From: Eubacteriales bacterium
Lineage (GTDB): Bacteria; Bacillota; Clostridia; Saccharofermentanales; UBA5734
Direction of reading: 5' to 3'
DNA length: 60,166 nucleotides
Assembly: GCA_028695145.1 (NCBI GenBank)
Contig: JAQVJP010000003.1
Coordinates: 1 to 60,166, forward strand
Shown here: in pieces, positions 57,052 through 60,166 of the stretch
Numbering within the stretch: position 1 is the first letter of the stretch
Layout: each line of letters begins with the position of its first letter
Notes under the pieces: model-generated
Seen by the model: the letters and a program-made list of their open reading frames with translations, nothing else
What the model was told of the DNA's origin: nothing
Database searches by the model: none
Made by a program: the position numbers and the translations under genes

Positions 57052-57271
57052 TTTAGTAGATACTATGAAGCGAGAGGCTGCGGTCTGATAATGTTTGCTC
57101 CCATGGCTTACCCCGGCCGACAGCCCTGTTGCTTCGAGAAATGTAATTCTATGCTGCTTATATTGCAGCTATTGAACCGGCTCGTTTATCGGGTCGGTTT
57201 TTTGCTGTTTAGTTTGATATACTTGTAATTGTAATTATCTGTCTGGTTCCAACAGGTTTGGAGGTTACATA

Positions 57272-58924
57272 ATGCTAAATATCAAATATGAATCTGGAAA
57301 TCTTCTCCCTCTTCTTGATAACGCAGCTCAGCATTATCTTGATCAAAACTGGATTGAGCTAACCGGTCTTAGTATGGAAATACTTGTTGAGCAAGCCGGC
57401 ATAGCGGTAGCGGATACTGTTCTCAAAACGCTTGTTGAAAATAATGTTCCTATTGATACAGATACACATATTCTTGTGGTTGGCGGCAAAGGTAATAATG
57501 GTTCGGATGCCTGGGTTTGTGCCAGACATTTAATTGCCCGAGGTCTTAAGGTAACTTGTCTTGATGCTTGTTTATCCGCAGATAACAGAAAAAACGATGT
57601 TCAGACAGAAGCCTTGCGTAAGCTTGGAGCTGTTTTTGTAGACTTGGAAGATGTTGGGAAAATGACGATACCAGAGCTTATAGTCGATGGCATAATGGGC
57701 ACTGGTTTTCGCAGCGCGCGTGGTTTATCCAAGGAGTATGAGTTGTTATTTCATCAGGTAAGGAAATGGCAGCTGATGAAATCTTATGTTGTATCAATAG
57801 ATATACCTTCCGGTGTTGATGCCAACGATGGCAGCATTGTAAATCCTTGTGTTCATGCGGATAAGACCGTAAGTTTTGTTGCGCCCAAGCTTGGTATTAT
57901 CGCAGCGCCTGGTTGTACATGTGCCGGAGGTATAGAAGTTGTACCACTATGTATGTCTCCAGATTGGCTTAAAACTATACTCGATCAATATCAGTCACAG
58001 ATTAATAAGAAACTTCCTGTAGCGATAAATAGTGATCTGATTAAACAATTTCGCCCCTACAGGCCTGAAGATGGTCATAAGGGGATCTTCGGCAGAGCAC
58101 TACTGGTAGGTGGAAGTGCCGGAAAGGTTGGAGCTATAGCTCTGGCCGGACAGGCAGCCGCAAGGGCGGGTGCCGGTTTGATTACTCTTGCTGTAAGCCA
58201 TGCCGCTTTTTTGCCGGTGCTGTCAGCTTTTCCCGAGGGATTAACTCATGACATAGACGAGTGTGAAAATGCTTTTTCATGTTTGAAGGTGTTGGTTGAC
58301 AATAAACAAGTCATAGCCATTGGCCCGGGACTTGGTGATCCTGAGTGGTTAACTAAGTTTCTTGAACTCCTGATCGAAAACGCGGTTCAGCTTGTGATAG
58401 ATGCCGACGCCCTGAATAAAATTGCAGAGGACGCGGACCGTTTTTTGCCGCTGTTTTTGGCAAGGCACAATCGAAGACTGAATGCGCCTGTCATGACACC
58501 TCATCCGGGAGAGTTCAGACGACTTGCGCCTGAACTTACGCATCTTCTTGAACAGGATCGTCAACAGGCCGCACTTGCTCTTGCACGTAAGTATAGCTCC
58601 ATAGTCGTTCTCAAGGGCGCGGCAACTGTTGTAGCTCATCCTGATGGCAGAATTTATATAAATACTACAGGTAATGATGGTATGGCAAAAGGCGGGAGCG
58701 GCGATTGTCTTACCGGAATTATTACCGGTTTGCTGGCGCAAGGAATGAGTCCTGATAAGGCGGCGGTCAGTGGAGTTTATCTTCACGGATTGGCCGGCGA
58801 CCTGGCCGCTGAGAAGATTGGTCAATCGAATTATCTGCCTCAAGATCTGCTTGTGCAAATGGGCCGTGCCTGGGTAAATGCCGGCTGGCTTGGTAAGCGC
58901 TCAGGTGATAGAATGAATCGATAA
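57272..58924 (+). CDS. nnr: bifunctional NAD(P)H-hydrate epimerase / ADP-dependent dehydratase (YjeF N+C)
   Basis: N-terminal YjeF_N (…VVGGKGNNGSDAWV…); C-terminal carbohydrate-kinase-like (…GGSAGKVGAIALAG…, …GGSGDCLTGII…). Confidence 0.85.
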   Translation: MLNIKYESGNLLPLLDNAAQHYLDQNWIELTGLSMEILVEQAGIAVADTVLKTLVENNVPIDTDTHILVVGGKGNNGSDAWVCARHLIARGLKVTCLDACLSADNRKNDVQTEALRKLGAVFVDLEDVGKMTIPELIVDGIMGTGFRSARGLSKEYELLFHQVRKWQLMKSYVVSIDIPSGVDANDGSIVNPCVHADKTVSFVAPKLGIIAAPGCTCAGGIEVVPLCMSPDWLKTILDQYQSQINKKLPVAINSDLIKQFRPYRPEDGHKGIFGRALLVGGSAGKVGAIALAGQAAARAGAGLITLAVSHAAFLPVLSAFPEGLTHDIDECENAFSCLKVLVDNKQVIAIGPGLGDPEWLTKFLELLIENAVQLVIDADALNKIAEDADRFLPLFLARHNRRLNAPVMTPHPGEFRRLAPELTHLLEQDRQQAALALARKYSSIVVLKGAATVVAHPDGRIYINTTGNDGMAKGGSGDCLTGIITGLLAQGMSPDKAAVSGVYLHGLAGDLAAEKIGQSNYLPQDLLVQMGRAWVNAGWLGKRSGDRMNR

Positions 58925-58948
58925 TTACAGCAAGAGGTAGAAAAAATT

Positions 58949-60136
58949 ATGAACAGCAGTATGCCAAACAGATCATGGGCAGAAATTGATCTCGATAAAC
59001 TGTCGGACAACATGAGAATAATCAGACGTAAGGTGCGAAAAACCTGTGAGATAATGGCTGTGGTAAAAGCCGATGCTTATGGTCATGGTGTTGATCGTGT
59101 GGTTCCGGTTTTGCTTGCCGGTGGAGCTACTAGGCTTGCTGTTTCCATGCTTGATGAGGCAATACAGCTTAGACAAAATGGTGTCGATGTCCCGATACTT
59201 GTTCTTGGCTATACAGATCCTCGCCGTGCTGAGGAATTGCTTCATCACAGAATTACCCAGACCGTTTTCAGCCGTGATCTGGCACAGGCGCTGTCTGACG
59301 CTGCTATCCGTACAGGTATTGACGCAAGAGTGCATATCAAGGTAGATACTGGTATGGGCAGAGTTGGTTTCATGGCTGGATATGATGCGGTAAAAGATGT
59401 TTCTTGGATCAGACGATTGCCTGGTCTGGTGGTGGAGGGGCTATATACTCATTTTGCTTCAGCCGATGAAGAAGATATTACTTATACTGAACAGCAATTT
59501 GAGAAATTTATGAGCATCAGCAGGGAAATGGATCGTATTGGTTTACCTATACCAATCAAACATGTTTGTAACAGCGCGGCAACAATGCGCTTCCCCCAGA
59601 TGCATCTTGATATGATCAGACCCGGTCTCATACTTTATGGAATGCTGCCTCAGGACTGTCCCGATGGATGGTCTGAACTCAAGCCGGCCATGACTCTTAA
59701 GGCTAATATCGTACATCAGAAATATGTACCTGCAGGCGCGAGTGTCAGCTATGGGCGACATTTTATAGCCAAGCGGGAGAGTCATATTATTACTATTCCA
59801 ATAGGGTATGCTGATGGATATTCACGCAGACTTGGCAGCAAAGCCAAATTGCTGCTGCGCGGTGTCCGAGTACCGGTAGCAGGCAGTATCTGTATGGATA
59901 CTCTTATGGCGGATATTACCGATTTGGCAGGACACAAAAGCGTACAGGTTGGGGAACAGGTGGTAATGTTTGGCAATCAGCAATATGAAGGGAAAAACTT
60001 TGTATTGTCCGTTGACGAGGTTGCTCAATGGTTAGACACAATTAATTACGAAGTTACCTGTATCATCGGTAAGAGAGTTCCACGGGTATATATACGTGAT
60101 GGCAGGCTGGAGGATATAAGAAATTACCTTATTTGA
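58949..60136 (+). CDS. alr: alanine racemase
   Basis: PLP-lysine motif AVVKADAYGHG, full-length Alr architecture, AGAGG RBS. Confidence 0.9.
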   Translation: MNSSMPNRSWAEIDLDKLSDNMRIIRRKVRKTCEIMAVVKADAYGHGVDRVVPVLLAGGATRLAVSMLDEAIQLRQNGVDVPILVLGYTDPRRAEELLHHRITQTVFSRDLAQALSDAAIRTGIDARVHIKVDTGMGRVGFMAGYDAVKDVSWIRRLPGLVVEGLYTHFASADEEDITYTEQQFEKFMSISREMDRIGLPIPIKHVCNSAATMRFPQMHLDMIRPGLILYGMLPQDCPDGWSELKPAMTLKANIVHQKYVPAGASVSYGRHFIAKRESHIITIPIGYADGYSRRLGSKAKLLLRGVRVPVAGSICMDTLMADITDLAGHKSVQVGEQVVMFGNQQYEGKNFVLSVDEVAQWLDTINYEVTCIIGKRVPRVYIRDGRLEDIRNYLI

Positions 60137-60166
60137 CTATTATCTGCAGACGCAGTACTTGCAATT

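Overview
This 60.2 kb window reads as a low-GC (about 45%) Firmicutes-type chromosome segment. That assignment is an inference from gene content and synteny, not a database hit. It is densely coding and mostly co-directional on the + strand, and it looks like core, origin-proximal housekeeping DNA rather than an accessory island. From left to right it contains the following blocks. (1) The 3' end of a Tad/Flp-pilus-like cluster (CpaB-like SAF-domain protein) plus an AraC regulator. (2) A folate operon: folE, a fused folP-folB gene, folK. (3) An unusual N/Q-rich basic low-complexity protein encoded partly by 12-nt tandem DNA repeats. (4) The conserved block of Orn/Lys-decarboxylase-like (yaaO), tmk, darA (c-di-AMP receptor), holB and ricT/yaaT, then a ferredoxin, a yabB-like methyltransferase, rsmI, metG and tatD. 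(5) A tRNA-Val/Asp/Phe operon with a near-consensus promoter. (6) A Ca2+-type P-type ATPase, secG and rnr. (7) A Crh/HPr-like protein on the - strand, mtaB, ireB, an aldo-keto-reductase/ferredoxin fusion and ruvX, followed by two tandem DUF1292 paralogs, the first carrying a Cys/His/Asp-rich N-terminal extension. (8) A CPBP protease, asnA, a 1019-aa cell-surface multi-domain protein (BNR/Asp-box propeller, CBM-like domain, TIM-barrel-like C-terminus), tRNA-Val(GAC) and a DEAD-box helicase. (9) A convergent pair made of a zinc-ribbon protein and an xre / HI0933-flavoprotein / degenerate-PRTase operon; then hflX. (10) A compact MarR / acyl-carrier-protein / acyl-AMP ligase / DAG-kinase-family lipid kinase operon facing a galK-family / tadA / plsC operon. 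(11) A second zinc-ribbon membrane protein, an amino-acid ABC transporter, a GNAT-MBL fusion, and a ROK-like / MFS / glycerophosphodiesterase operon. (12) A NfeD-flotillin pair, a uridine-kinase-family protein with extensions, metA, trxA, nnr and alr. No CRISPR arrays, IS elements, integrases or recognizable defence modules were seen. The most interesting candidates for undescribed biology are the lipid-handling operon (ACP + acyl ligase + lipid kinase), the xre-flavoprotein-pseudo-PRTase operon, the Cys-rich DUF1292 tandem, the paired zinc-ribbon proteins, and the recurrent N/R/K-rich disordered proteins and tails. All functional calls rest on motif recognition by eye; no searches could be run.
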